From Nitrospirota bacterium (GTDB lineage Bacteria > UBA2233), in assembly GCA_011620345.1 (NCBI GenBank), contig WOZJ01000057.1:165246-229245 (forward strand): DNA of 64,000 bases. Reading direction: 5' to 3'. How positions within the stretch are numbered: position 1 is the stretch's first letter; each line of letters begins with the position of its first letter. The notes below the pieces were generated by a model. That model did no database searches, was not told the DNA's origin, and saw only the letters and a list, made by a program, of their open reading frames with translations. Below are positions 9,483-19,269 of the stretch, piece after piece. Both the position numbers and the translations under genes were made by a program.

Positions 9483-9683
9483 TTAATGGATCAAGCTCGT
9501 GACTCCGGGCATGATGTCGAGGAAGATCGGCCCAAGGATTGGAATCTGAGCAATTGAGTTCACTATGGGGAAAATGACTCCCATGAGCGTTGCGGCGAGG
9601 TCGGCCGGAATCGTGATGGGTAGGTTGACAATTGGTTGAATTAGCGGGCCGACAACCGGCTTGATCGAGGCAGCCGTGTTCAT
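9483..9683 (-). CDS. Small hydrophobic Pro/Ile-rich protein, unknown function
   Basis: 66-aa ORF with SD GGGAGGG, co-oriented 47 bp upstream of the small cytochrome. Confidence 0.7.
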   Translation of the reverse strand: MNTAASIKPVVGPLIQPIVNLPITIPADLAATLMGVIFPIVNSIAQIPILGPIFLDIMPGVTSLIH

Positions 9684-9884
9684 GGAAAACCCTCCCTTTT
9701 TTGTTTAACTAGAACATTGGCGCAAAAGCAGAACATATGCATACATTCAGGAGGAATTTTAGTCTCGTAACTGATGCCTTGTCAAGCCCTCCATACCATA
9801 TGGTCCGTTTGACCATTTTGTGCATAATGTGCTAGGTTACAACCCAATATTGAGATTGAAAACTGGGCATCATTGAGGAGAACG

Positions 9885-11933
9885 ATGAAATTCATATTAA
9901 AGTGTAGTTGGGGTAGGATGAGCAGAATGTTGATGCCTTTAGGAAGAATCGGGCTCCTCGCTTTTTTTTGTTTAGGTCTTTCCGGGCCAACGGCATACGC
10001 GCTTACCAACGAAGATTGCCTGATGTGCCATGCCAACATGGAGCCAAGACTCGATGCATCCGTATTTTCTCAAAGTGCCCATGGCGGGCTGAACTGCCAA
10101 GACTGCCACGAGAACATCCAAGACGTTCCCCATCAAACGCAGCTCAAATTGGTTCGCTGCGGGAATTGTCATACGCAGGAATTCGCGGAATATCAGCTGG
10201 GGGTCCATGGCAAAGCTTTGGCCAATGGAACGAAAGACGTCCCTTCCTGCGCTTCTTGCCATGGAACTCATGATATTTTCCCTAAAAGTGATGTTCGCTC
10301 CAAAGTAAACCCCCTGAACCTCCCCGGGGTTTGTTCGGGATGCCATGCCAGCCAAGAGATCACTCGCCGCCATCCTCTGCCATCTCCGGAATTTATCGAA
10401 AGTTACCAGAAGAGCGTCCATGGGCAAGGTGTGTTGAAGAGTGGCCTGGTGGTCGCGGCCGTATGCTCGGACTGTCACGGTGGCCATAGAATCCTGCCCG
10501 CCTCGGACCCCGCGTCCTTGGTCAATCCAAAAAACATCCCTAAGACCTGTTCTAAGTGCCATGCAGGGATTTTTAGGGATTTTACCAGGAGTGCTCACGG
10601 AGAGGCCTGGAGGGCTGGCAAGAGTTACGGGCCTGTGTGTACCACTTGCCATACGGCGCACAGTATTTCCTCACCCCGTACGGCGGCGTTTCATGGGGGG
10701 ATTGCCGAAGAGTGCGGAGGGTGCCATGTCGACAGGACCCCTAGCTATAGAGATACCTTCCATGGTCAAGCCACTTCGCTCGGTCTTATTCGGGCGGCAA
10801 CCTGCCCGGACTGTCATACCGCGCATTTGAACCTTCCAAAAGAAAACCCTCACTCCAGCATCAACCCCAAAAATCTCCCCGGGACTTGCGGCAGGTGCCA
10901 TGGACAGGTGTCCAAAGGGTTTATTCAATACGACCCCCATCCTGATCCAAAGGACAAATCAAAGAACGCTGTCGTTTTCTACACGTACACGTTCATGAAT
11001 TGGCTGCTTTTGGGGGTGTTTGCCTTTTTTGGCCTTCATTCCGCACTTTGGATCCAGCGGAGCCTCGTTGCTTCGGTGCGTGGGGAGTTCCCTAGGCTTG
11101 ACAAAGAGGGGCCATGGGTCCGGCGCTTTAGCCAGACCAACCGGATGACCCACCTAGTCATCGTGATCAGCTTCTTGCTCCTTGCAGCTACGGGACTGCC
11201 CCTGAAGTTCCACTACACACCCTGGGCAAAGGTTGTAGAGGCCATATTTGGCGGGATCGAGGTGACTCGCTATCTCCACAAGCTTTTTGCCGTCGTGACG
11301 TTTGGATATGCGATTACGCATGTCAGCTATCTTGTCTACCGCATTTACAAAAAAGGCGAGCTAAACCTTCTGTACGGCCCTTTCAGCCTGACTCCGCGCC
11401 CCAAGGATGCGCTTGACCTTCTTGCAAACCTTCGCTGGTTCCTCTACATGGGGCCGAGGCCCAAGCTCGGACGCTGGACCTACTGGGAGAAGTTCGATTA
11501 CTTCGCCGTGTTTTGGGGAATTCCGATCATCGGAGGATCCGGACTCATGCTTTGGTTCCCGGGTTTTTTCACAAAATTCCTCCCCGGCTGGGTTCTGAAT
11601 GTGGCCATGATCGTCCACTCCGAAGAAGCGCTTATGGCTATCGGGTTTATCTTCCTGTTCCACTTCTTCCACACCCACTTAAGGCCGGAAAGTTTTCCTT
11701 TAGACACCGTCATCTTTACTGGAAGCATGCCCTTGGAGCGGCTCAAGGAAGAAAGGCCGGAGGAGTACGAGCTTTTGGTCAAGAAAGGCGAGCTTGAACG
11801 CCTGATTGTCCCGGCTCCATCGAATAGTTTGCTGCGTGCCTCTCGGATCTTTGGCTTTGTGGCGCTTACCGTGGGGCTTTGCCTGATTTGGGCGATCCTG
11901 ATCACGGCGGTACTCCATATGTTGGCTTTATAA
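9885..11933 (+). CDS. Fused multiheme cytochrome c (11 CxxCH) / FdnI-like cytochrome b, CbcL-like quinol oxidoreductase
   Basis: Signal peptide; 11 CxxCH; C-terminal TM domain with RMTH, LHK, WEKFDYFAVFWG, HSEEA, HFFH; exact start uncertain (9885/9918/9933). Confidence 0.9.
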   Translation: MKFILKCSWGRMSRMLMPLGRIGLLAFFCLGLSGPTAYALTNEDCLMCHANMEPRLDASVFSQSAHGGLNCQDCHENIQDVPHQTQLKLVRCGNCHTQEFAEYQLGVHGKALANGTKDVPSCASCHGTHDIFPKSDVRSKVNPLNLPGVCSGCHASQEITRRHPLPSPEFIESYQKSVHGQGVLKSGLVVAAVCSDCHGGHRILPASDPASLVNPKNIPKTCSKCHAGIFRDFTRSAHGEAWRAGKSYGPVCTTCHTAHSISSPRTAAFHGGIAEECGGCHVDRTPSYRDTFHGQATSLGLIRAATCPDCHTAHLNLPKENPHSSINPKNLPGTCGRCHGQVSKGFIQYDPHPDPKDKSKNAVVFYTYTFMNWLLLGVFAFFGLHSALWIQRSLVASVRGEFPRLDKEGPWVRRFSQTNRMTHLVIVISFLLLAATGLPLKFHYTPWAKVVEAIFGGIEVTRYLHKLFAVVTFGYAITHVSYLVYRIYKKGELNLLYGPFSLTPRPKDALDLLANLRWFLYMGPRPKLGRWTYWEKFDYFAVFWGIPIIGGSGLMLWFPGFFTKFLPGWVLNVAMIVHSEEALMAIGFIFLFHFFHTHLRPESFPLDTVIFTGSMPLERLKEERPEEYELLVKKGELERLIVPAPSNSLLRASRIFGFVALTVGLCLIWAILITAVLHMLAL

Positions 11934-11939
11934 GCATGG

Positions 11940-11979
11940 ACTCTGGAGGCCTCAGCCCTAGGGCTGAGGCCTCCAGAGT
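11940..11979. terminator. Perfect 40-bp palindrome just after the cytochrome c/b stop
   Basis: ACTCTGGAGGCCTCAGCCCT|AGGGCTGAGGCCTCCAGAGT; no U-tract. Confidence 0.6.
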
Positions 11980-12262
11980 GTCGCCTTGAGCGGGGGCCTT
12001 TCTAGGGTTCGTATTGAACGCTCCTGCCACCCTTGTTTGTCATCCTATTCGTTGCCGTAGGGTAAGTGCGTTTGCTTGCCTAAGCAATCCAATATCCTTG
12101 TTGTTTGTGTGTTTGGGCTAATTGTTCAGTAACGCCCGGAGCAGGGCCCGTTTTCAGCGTATACTTGCCATGCATTCATTTATCTTGGGAATGGGCAGAA
12201 ACAAGCAATACGGGTATACTTGTGTAGGTCAAGAGTTTATTCCGTGGTTTACATAAAAAAAC

Positions 12263-13246
12263 ATGAATGTTCTTTTTGAGTCTTTCTTGCACGCGATCGT
12301 GGATGCCGTCCTTGTAGGGGTCGGGCTTCGGGTATGGGGGATTGCCAAGGCAGAGCCCAGACAACGCTTCATGTCCCTTATTTTAATCCTTCCCGTCTCG
12401 ACGCCAATTCTTTTTTATGGGTGGAGTACGGAGGGGAGCTTGCCTGGTTTTTATCGTGGAGCCCTCTTTAATGGTGAGAGATGGCTCCACGTAGAGCTAT
12501 TAGGCATTCCTTTCTTTCGATGGGGGTTTTTCGTGTTAATGGGGGCTTGTGCGGCCGCCTTCTTGTTCCAAGAGCTTTTGCCTATCTACTGGCACTTCAG
12601 ACAATCGAAACGCATGCGAAGGTTGCTTAAGGACCATTGGGAGAAAATAATCCCCCTGGAAACGCTAGGCATCCCCCCTATAAAAGAGCTCGAGGGGTTG
12701 CGCATTCAAGTGTTGCCGGACCATTGGGGTGGCATTAGCTCTCTCTACGGAGGTTCGCCCAGAATTCTGATAGGGGAAGGGCTGCTTGAAGAGCTTGACC
12801 GAGAGGAGCTTCGTGCGGTTGTGGCGCACGAAATCGCCCATCTTGGCATAGGGCGCAGGCCTTTTATGCTCCTAATGTATGTGTTTCGAGCGATTGCTTT
12901 CTTAAACCCAGTCGCGCTTGGTGCGTTTCGGTTCATCGCTAACGAAGAAGAGTGCGTGTGCGATGACAGGGCGGTGTGGCTGACTTCTGTCAGCCCACTA
13001 GCCTTGGCAAGCGCCCTTAAAAAACTCTACCAGCCCGATCAAGAGCCCGAGCTTGCGGACTGTAGTAAACAGGAGGTGCCAGGACTGTTCCGGAACCTAT
13101 CTGCCGTGGGGCTAAGAGAGCAGCTTGACAAACGCATCGAAAGGCTTCGTTCCAGAACCTACTCCTCGGACGACACTGAGTATTGGTCAGAGCTGTTTAT
13201 CGTGACGCTTGGGTGCCTGGCGTTTTCTTTTGCCGTTGTGGGCTAA
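12263..13246 (+). CDS. Membrane zinc metalloprotease, M56 (BlaR1-like)/M48 family
   Basis: TM segments; ELRAVVAHEIAH (HExxH), FLNPV, EEECVCDDRAV, LASALKK. Confidence 0.85.
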   Translation: MNVLFESFLHAIVDAVLVGVGLRVWGIAKAEPRQRFMSLILILPVSTPILFYGWSTEGSLPGFYRGALFNGERWLHVELLGIPFFRWGFFVLMGACAAAFLFQELLPIYWHFRQSKRMRRLLKDHWEKIIPLETLGIPPIKELEGLRIQVLPDHWGGISSLYGGSPRILIGEGLLEELDREELRAVVAHEIAHLGIGRRPFMLLMYVFRAIAFLNPVALGAFRFIANEEECVCDDRAVWLTSVSPLALASALKKLYQPDQEPELADCSKQEVPGLFRNLSAVGLREQLDKRIERLRSRTYSSDDTEYWSELFIVTLGCLAFSFAVVG

Positions 13247-13249
13247 AAA

Positions 13250-13774
13250 ATGGGTCGATTGAAGGGTCTCCTTTGTTTTTGTATGTTCGGCGTCTTGTTT
13301 GCTGGAGCACTGTGGATCCTGAACGCTGTCCCTCTTTTGCTCAAGCAGGAAGGTTTCAGGTCCTTAAAAAACATTGGGGAAACGCAAGCCTACCTAGGCA
13401 CAAGGCTTTCACTTCCCCGTTATTTTTCTCCCGGGCTTGTTTGGCCACCGTGTGCAATCCTAGCCCAACGAAAGCCGTTTCCCGCCTACGTTGTCCAATT
13501 TCAAAAAAGGGGGAGGGACGGGGTTTCGTTGGTCCTTTCGATGTCACCCGCTAGACACCCGCTATCCGGGGTCCACATCGAGCCCGCCATGGGCTTGCGT
13601 CGCATGCGTGTCAAGCTTACAGACCAAAGCGCGGAGTTGATGATAGGTCGCCTTCGCTCTGGGGAGCGTTGTTGCCTGCTTTCTTGGGTGCAGGCTGCCA
13701 AGAGATGGACGTTAAGCGGGGTGTTGCCCCCTTCCGAGATCCTGAAGATGGCCGAGAGTATGGACTTGCCTTAA
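13250..13774 (+). CDS. Hypothetical membrane-anchored protein
   Basis: N-terminal TM helix; starts 3 bp after the protease stop. Confidence 0.65.
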   Translation: MGRLKGLLCFCMFGVLFAGALWILNAVPLLLKQEGFRSLKNIGETQAYLGTRLSLPRYFSPGLVWPPCAILAQRKPFPAYVVQFQKRGRDGVSLVLSMSPARHPLSGVHIEPAMGLRRMRVKLTDQSAELMIGRLRSGERCCLLSWVQAAKRWTLSGVLPPSEILKMAESMDLP

Positions 13775-13849
13775 AAAATACCTCATTGCATTGAATTCAA
13801 AATACCCTGTATACTCTCAAGGAGGTACAAACTGGAAAAGGGCGATACT

Positions 13850-15280
13850 GTGAGGCTAACGCAGGGGTTTGTAGGGTTAATTTTTGTTGGTCTAGGTCTG
13901 GCTCCTACAATGGCTTTGGCTGAGACGACGACCCAGCAAGAGCTCGGTCAATGCATGTCTTGCCATGCCAAGCCAGGGCTCGTGAAACGCTTGGGAAAGA
14001 ATGAGAAAGTCTCGCTAACCCTCGACCTTCAAGCCTACCGGGCCTCGGCCCACAGCTCGCTCGTTTGTCAGGATTGCCACACGCGGTATTCCACGAAGGC
14101 TCATCCGGTAGGTTCGTATACGAGCCGGGAGGAGCTCGCCAGGGAGCACTCCGGGGCATGCACGAGTTGTCATTCGCTCGATCAGCTAAGCGCGTTGCCC
14201 GTCCATGAAGATGTCCTGAAGCCAGGGCATCCGGTTGCATGCTCGAGTTGTCATGGGGCTCACGAGATCCAGCGGGTCGTGGGCGGCGGGGCTATGGTGA
14301 AGGAGCGTGCCTACTGCCTTTCGTGTCACGAGCAGCACATTGAGATGACCTTCGAAAATGGGGAGACCAAGGATATTTATGTCGAGCTTCGTTCGCTCCT
14401 TGCCTCTCCGCATGCGAGCCTTGCATGCTCGGACTGTCACGTGGGGTTTTCAAGAGATCACCACCCGGATCGCTCGTTTCAGGACGGGAGGTATTACACG
14501 CTTGTTTTATCCGAGAGCTGTAAGCGTTGCCATTTCGACAAGTATACCCGGACTCTAGACAGCATGCATTACCGAGTCCTCATGAAGGGAAATGCGAATG
14601 CGCCGGTATGTACCGACTGTCACGGCTCGCACGGTATCTTGCCTGTCGGCAAGGACCATTCCATAAGCGCGAAGCGCTGCATGCGATGTCATGAGACCAT
14701 TTATACGACCTATACAAAGAGTGTGCATGGAAAGGCCTTGTTAGGTGAACACAACATGGATGTGCCCGTATGTGCCGACTGCCACAAGGCACACGAGATT
14801 CAAGACCCAAGGACGCTAACCTTTCGTGACCGGATCCCGGAGATGTGCGGGAACTGCCATGCCAACAAAGAGCTCATGTCTCGCTATGGGCTTTCCCCAG
14901 CAGTAGTGAAAACATACCTCCAGGATTTTCACGGAGTTACGCTTTCGCTTTACAAAATGCAAAGGGAACTAGAGGGTACAAGCTCGGCCAATCCTATTGC
15001 TGTATGTTCAGACTGCCACGGGATCCATGACATCCAGAAGCTCTCGGAACAAGAAACGGGCCTTGTACGCCAAAACCTGCTCAAGCGCTGCCAGGCATGC
15101 CATCCTGGGGCCACCCAGCGGTTTCCCGATGCTTGGCTCTACCACTATGAGCCAAGCCTTGAAAAGGCCCCCTTGGTCTACGCAGTAAACCTTTTTTACA
15201 AAATTTTCATCCCGTTCATGGTCGTGGGATTGCTGTTGCAGGTTTTCTTACATGCCTGGCGCTACATCGTGAACCGTTAA
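13850..15280 (+). CDS. Multiheme cytochrome c (13 CxxCH) with C-terminal TM anchor, CbcA-like
   Basis: Signal peptide; 13 CxxCH counted; C-terminal hydrophobic helix. Confidence 0.92.
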   Translation: MRLTQGFVGLIFVGLGLAPTMALAETTTQQELGQCMSCHAKPGLVKRLGKNEKVSLTLDLQAYRASAHSSLVCQDCHTRYSTKAHPVGSYTSREELAREHSGACTSCHSLDQLSALPVHEDVLKPGHPVACSSCHGAHEIQRVVGGGAMVKERAYCLSCHEQHIEMTFENGETKDIYVELRSLLASPHASLACSDCHVGFSRDHHPDRSFQDGRYYTLVLSESCKRCHFDKYTRTLDSMHYRVLMKGNANAPVCTDCHGSHGILPVGKDHSISAKRCMRCHETIYTTYTKSVHGKALLGEHNMDVPVCADCHKAHEIQDPRTLTFRDRIPEMCGNCHANKELMSRYGLSPAVVKTYLQDFHGVTLSLYKMQRELEGTSSANPIAVCSDCHGIHDIQKLSEQETGLVRQNLLKRCQACHPGATQRFPDAWLYHYEPSLEKAPLVYAVNLFYKIFIPFMVVGLLLQVFLHAWRYIVNR

Positions 15281-15285
15281 AAAGG

Positions 15286-16050
15286 GTGGGAACCGTGACC
15301 GAACGAAAAATGGCCTTTGTGCAACGCTTGTCTTGGGTGCGAATCATCGAGCACTGGGTGAATGCTTCCGTGTTCATCCTTCTTGTCGTTACAGGGCTTT
15401 CCCAAAAGTTCTATACGTTCGAGCTGTCCCAGCGCTTGATCCTGTTTTTTGGCGGCATTGATTCGACGCGCTTGATTCATCGTGCCTGCGGGGTGCTGTT
15501 TGCCGCCGTTTTGGTTCTCCACATGACCGTCGCGGTTGTAGGGGTCGTGCTGAAGCGTTGGCAGCCGACGATGCTCATCAACAAAAAAGACTTCTTTGAC
15601 GCCATAGACAACCTAAGGTACTACTTTGGGCTTTCCGATCACCCGGCAGCTTGCGACCGTTATGATTACAAGCAGAAGTTCGAATACTGGGGAGTGGTCA
15701 TGGGAGGTATTGTCATGGTGGCTACGGGGTTTGTCCTTTGGTTTCCGACGGTGGCGACGTATCTGCTACCCGGAGAGCTAGTGGCCGTATCGAAGGCCAT
15801 CCACACGAACGAGGCTATGCTTGCCTTCCTGATCATCTCCATCTGGCATATCTACAACGCCGTCTTTTCCCCGGAGGTGTTTCCTTTAGATACGGTGATC
15901 TTTACGGGGAAGATTTCGAGGGAGCGCATGATGCACGAGCACCCTCTAGAGCTTGCAAGGCTCGAGGGAAAAAGCTTAGAAGAGCTCCTTCAAGAAAAAG
16001 AGGGCTTTTCTCATGCATCCAGCCCTTTAAAGCCCCCTCCGAACGACTAA
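15286..16050 (+). CDS. FdnI-like b-type cytochrome subunit, CbcB-like
   Basis: IIEHW, LIHR, YKQKFEYWG, IHTNEA, WHIY; 4 TM. Confidence 0.9.
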   Translation: MGTVTERKMAFVQRLSWVRIIEHWVNASVFILLVVTGLSQKFYTFELSQRLILFFGGIDSTRLIHRACGVLFAAVLVLHMTVAVVGVVLKRWQPTMLINKKDFFDAIDNLRYYFGLSDHPAACDRYDYKQKFEYWGVVMGGIVMVATGFVLWFPTVATYLLPGELVAVSKAIHTNEAMLAFLIISIWHIYNAVFSPEVFPLDTVIFTGKISRERMMHEHPLELARLEGKSLEELLQEKEGFSHASSPLKPPPND

Positions 16051-16066
16051 CCCAAACAGGCCACGC

Positions 16067-17854
16067 GTGCACCTCCCCCAATTAACTCGCCGCATCCTCC
16101 TGCTCGTTATCGCAAGCCTTCTGCCGCTCGTTCTGGGCTATGCCCTGATCCTTGCCGCTTCGGTCCGGTATGGCAATCAAGGTGCGCTACGATTTACGCA
16201 GACCAGGGCAAGGATTCTTTCCGAATCGGTTAAGCTCCATTTGGAGAAAAACCTCGTTTGGCTCTCGGACATCGCGCTCGGTCTTTCTTTTGGCGAGCCC
16301 GCCAAGGAGACCCTTAGACAGTCAAACCCCTACTCGTTGCTCCGTCATGGGTTGATCGTCACCGATCTAGAGGGGAACGTCAGGGCCTCATGGCCGGAAA
16401 CAAGCATTCGCAAGCTTGCCCCGGAAGTGCTGGCTAGGTTGAAGGAGGAAGGTTCCCCGAGCAGACCTTTCGTATCCGGCCTCGTGGCCAAAGAGCCCTC
16501 GGGCCGAACCACAGGCTTTATGCTCGCGCCGGTACGCGAGAGCGCCGGCAAGATTAAGGGTTGGGTGGGAGGAGAGTTGGACTTCCAAGACCCTGTTTTC
16601 GTTCGGCTTCTTGAAGCAGGCAGAGAGCCTTCAGACAACTTCGTCGCAATTTTAGACGATGCCGGTCGGGCTTTTGCGTTTATAGGAGACTCTAGGGCCT
16701 TTCTCGTTAAAGGGCATGCTGGACTGATTAACCAGGCCCGCTACGATGAGAGCCCTCGGACTGTTCGCTGCAAAGGGTGTCACAAGAAAGGCGCTCGTGG
16801 GGGCGTGTTGGCCGTTGCTTCCGTTACGCTCGCCCCTTGGTGCGTCGCGATCTTAACCGTACCGAATGGTCCATCGGGTTCTCCGCTTGGCCTGTGGAAG
16901 GCCTTTGGGCTTTTGGGATTGGGATTGTCGCTGGGTGGACTTATTCTTGGCGTGGGGATGTCCCGCTCGATTCTTCAGCCTATACGCTCACTGATCGAAG
17001 GGGCAAAAAGGATCGGGGACGGTGATCTCTCCATCCCCGTCCCCATCCAAGGAAGCGACGAGATTACGGTTTTGGCGGAAGGATTGGAGCAAACCCGGCT
17101 TAGGCTCCTCGAGTCGTTTCTAACGATCCAACGGGTTAATGAAGAGCTCGAGGCCAAGGTTCAAGAGAGGACCATGCAGGTGCAGTCGCTCTTAAGGAAG
17201 GTCATCGGCTCCCAAGAGGAGGAGCGGAAGCGAATTGCACGCGAGTTACACGACGTAGTCTTGCAGGACATCGCCGCATTTTTGATGAAGCTAGACGTGC
17301 TCGCGTTGAGCGAGCGCAAGGATCAAGGACGAATCGAGAAGATGCGCGGGCTTTTGACCAAAGCGATGGAGGATATTCGTGCCATCATTCAGGGCTTGCG
17401 TCCGAGTATTCTTGATGATTTGGGGTTGGATGAGGCCCTAAGGTGGGTTGTGGACCGAAGGTTTCAGGATCAGGAATGCGAGGTCTCGATTGAGGTCAAG
17501 GGCTATTCTAAGGGGCAGTTGGACTCAAACATAGAAACTGTTACGTTCCGGATTGCCCAAGAGGCCCTCACCAATGTCCTTAAGCATGCAAGAGCGAGCC
17601 GCGCTGTCCTCCGGCTGAGTTGTTCGAGTCGTAGGCTTACCCTTTTCGTTCATGATAACGGGGTAGGGTTCGCGGCCGCCGAGTACAAGAAAGAGGTCCG
17701 TACGACGGTCGGGTCGGGCATTGGGCTCCAGGGTATGGCAGAAAGGGCCTCGCTTGTCGGGGGGAGGCTCAAGATCCGGTCATCTCCGGGTAGAGGGTCC
17801 CATGTGCGGCTATTCATCCCTTTAGGGAGGTCAGTAGATGAAACAGCCGATTAG
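16067..17854 (+). CDS. Sensor histidine kinase (periplasmic Cache-like domain, HAMP, HisKA_3) with a CxxCH motif
   Basis: EEERKRIARELHD, QEALTNVLKHA, DNGVGF, GIGLQGMAER; CKGCH before TM2. Confidence 0.93.
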   Translation: MHLPQLTRRILLLVIASLLPLVLGYALILAASVRYGNQGALRFTQTRARILSESVKLHLEKNLVWLSDIALGLSFGEPAKETLRQSNPYSLLRHGLIVTDLEGNVRASWPETSIRKLAPEVLARLKEEGSPSRPFVSGLVAKEPSGRTTGFMLAPVRESAGKIKGWVGGELDFQDPVFVRLLEAGREPSDNFVAILDDAGRAFAFIGDSRAFLVKGHAGLINQARYDESPRTVRCKGCHKKGARGGVLAVASVTLAPWCVAILTVPNGPSGSPLGLWKAFGLLGLGLSLGGLILGVGMSRSILQPIRSLIEGAKRIGDGDLSIPVPIQGSDEITVLAEGLEQTRLRLLESFLTIQRVNEELEAKVQERTMQVQSLLRKVIGSQEEERKRIARELHDVVLQDIAAFLMKLDVLALSERKDQGRIEKMRGLLTKAMEDIRAIIQGLRPSILDDLGLDEALRWVVDRRFQDQECEVSIEVKGYSKGQLDSNIETVTFRIAQEALTNVLKHARASRAVLRLSCSSRRLTLFVHDNGVGFAAAEYKKEVRTTVGSGIGLQGMAERASLVGGRLKIRSSPGRGSHVRLFIPLGRSVDETAD

Positions 17855-18497
17855 GGTTTTAATCGTGGACGATCATGCACTCTTACGTGAGGGCATTGCG
17901 GCCATCCTTCAGACGGCCGAGGACATCCGAGTTGTGGGCGAGGCGGCTGACGGGCTTGAAGCGATTAAAAAGGTTGAAGTGTTGCACCCCTCGATCGTTC
18001 TTATGGACATAGCCATGCCCGGGCTTGGCGGGCTCGAGGCGACGCTAGAGATTAAAAAACTGTTCCCGGGGGTTCGGGTGCTCGTGCTTACCCAGTACGA
18101 CGACAAAGAGTACGTTGACAGGTTTCTCAAGGCAGGCGCTTCTGGTTTTATCCTTAAGCGTGCGCTGGGTAGGGAGCTCATCGATGCGGTTCGGTCCGTC
18201 GATAAGGATGAGGTTTATCTCCATCCAGCAATCGTCAAGGACGTAGTCGAAGGATATTTAACGAAGGACAAGCCCGCTGCTTCTCCCTATGACAGGCTTA
18301 CAGATAGGGAGAAACAAGTCCTCAAATTGCTTGCAGAGGGGCATACTCACAAAGAAGCGGCGAGCCTGCTGGGAATTGGCGTGAAAACCGTTATTACCCA
18401 CCAGGCTCACCTCCAAGAAAAGCTTGGGCTCTCTAGCCGTTCCGAACTGATCCGGTTCGCCATCCAGCAAAAAATCATCCGAATCGACACTCCGTAA
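17838..18497 (+). CDS. NarL/LuxR-family response regulator
   Basis: VLIVDDH, LMDIAMP, LTDREKQVLKLLAEG HTH. Confidence 0.95.
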   Translation: MKQPIRVLIVDDHALLREGIAAILQTAEDIRVVGEAADGLEAIKKVEVLHPSIVLMDIAMPGLGGLEATLEIKKLFPGVRVLVLTQYDDKEYVDRFLKAGASGFILKRALGRELIDAVRSVDKDEVYLHPAIVKDVVEGYLTKDKPAASPYDRLTDREKQVLKLLAEGHTHKEAASLLGIGVKTVITHQAHLQEKLGLSSRSELIRFAIQQKIIRIDTP

Positions 18498-18550
18498 TTA
18501 GCCTTCCGGGCACGAGCCCAAAGCCCTCACGTCTCTCGATCGCTCCTTCC

Positions 18551-18739
18551 TTACTGAACCTTCGGCGCTGTGGGAGCTCCGCTCTTGGGCGGACACTTGG
18601 CAATTTTGTCATCACCATGGCATTTCATCCCGCACCCGGGCTTGGCATTCCCACACATGTTGGGCTTTGCCAGAAGGGGAGCGCTAAGAATGCAGAGCGC
18701 CACGAATGCCGAGGATAAACAAAGGGCTGCGCGCTTCAT
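18551..18739 (-). CDS. Secreted Cys-rich mini-protein, paralog 1 (C-X6-C-X3-CH-X7-C)
   Basis: SD GGAGG; Sec-type signal ending LLA; mature KPNMCGNAKPGCGMKCHGDDKIAKCP... Confidence 0.85.
   Translation of the reverse strand: MKRAALCLSSAFVALCILSAPLLAKPNMCGNAKPGCGMKCHGDDKIAKCPPKSGAPTAPKVQ
18554..18625 (-). repeat. 72-bp direct repeat, copy 1 (69/72 identical to 20208-20279)
   Basis: Manual alignment; encodes the identical C-terminal 24 aa of paralogs 1 and 3. Confidence 0.9.
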
Positions 18740-18812
18740 GCAATACCTCCTTTTTTGGTTGTGTTGTTGACCTCCAAGAATAACTTCCACCGCCATTTCT
18801 CTTTTTTCAAGG

Positions 18813-18821
18813 AGTATACCA
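18813..18821 (-). promoter_or_regulatory. Extended -10 element TGGTATACT upstream of paralog 1
   Basis: Identical 9-mer lies 73 bp upstream of the ATG here and at paralog 3. Confidence 0.6.
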
Positions 18822-19012
18822 AGAATAGTCACAAAAGTGAAGGGCCTTTTATGCCATTAGGAAAGAAACCATGAAACTATACCATAAGGATCTAATGAGG
18901 ATATATTGTACATTCCATGCGAACAAATCATATTATTGCAGGGTTGCATTCTCGTTATTTTTGCTTTAAAATTCCATTGAGTTCAACATTCAACCCCAAA
19001 AGGAGGGAGCCT

Positions 19013-19246
19013 ATGAAAAAGCTCGCGTTTCTTACGGCTGCGGGGTATTTCGCCCTTGCATTTCTCTTTGCACCCGGTGTGTGGGCAAGGTCCAGCATGT
19101 GTGGGCAGGCAAAGCCCGGGTGTGGGGGGAGTTGCCACGGCGACGACAAGGTGCAGAAGTGCCCCAAAAAGAAATCTGGTGCTCTACAGCAATTCTTCGG
19201 CCTGGATGGCTTGGAGTCTGGCTTGAGTAAGAGCTTGCTTCAATAA
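19013..19246 (+). CDS. Secreted Cys-rich mini-protein, paralog 2, with Leu-rich tail
   Basis: SD AGGAGG; signal ending VWA; MCGQAKPGCGGSCHGDDKVQKCP. Confidence 0.85.
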   Translation: MKKLAFLTAAGYFALAFLFAPGVWARSSMCGQAKPGCGGSCHGDDKVQKCPKKKSGALQQFFGLDGLESGLSKSLLQ

Positions 19247-19269
19247 CCCAACAAAAGAAGGAGGTTGCG

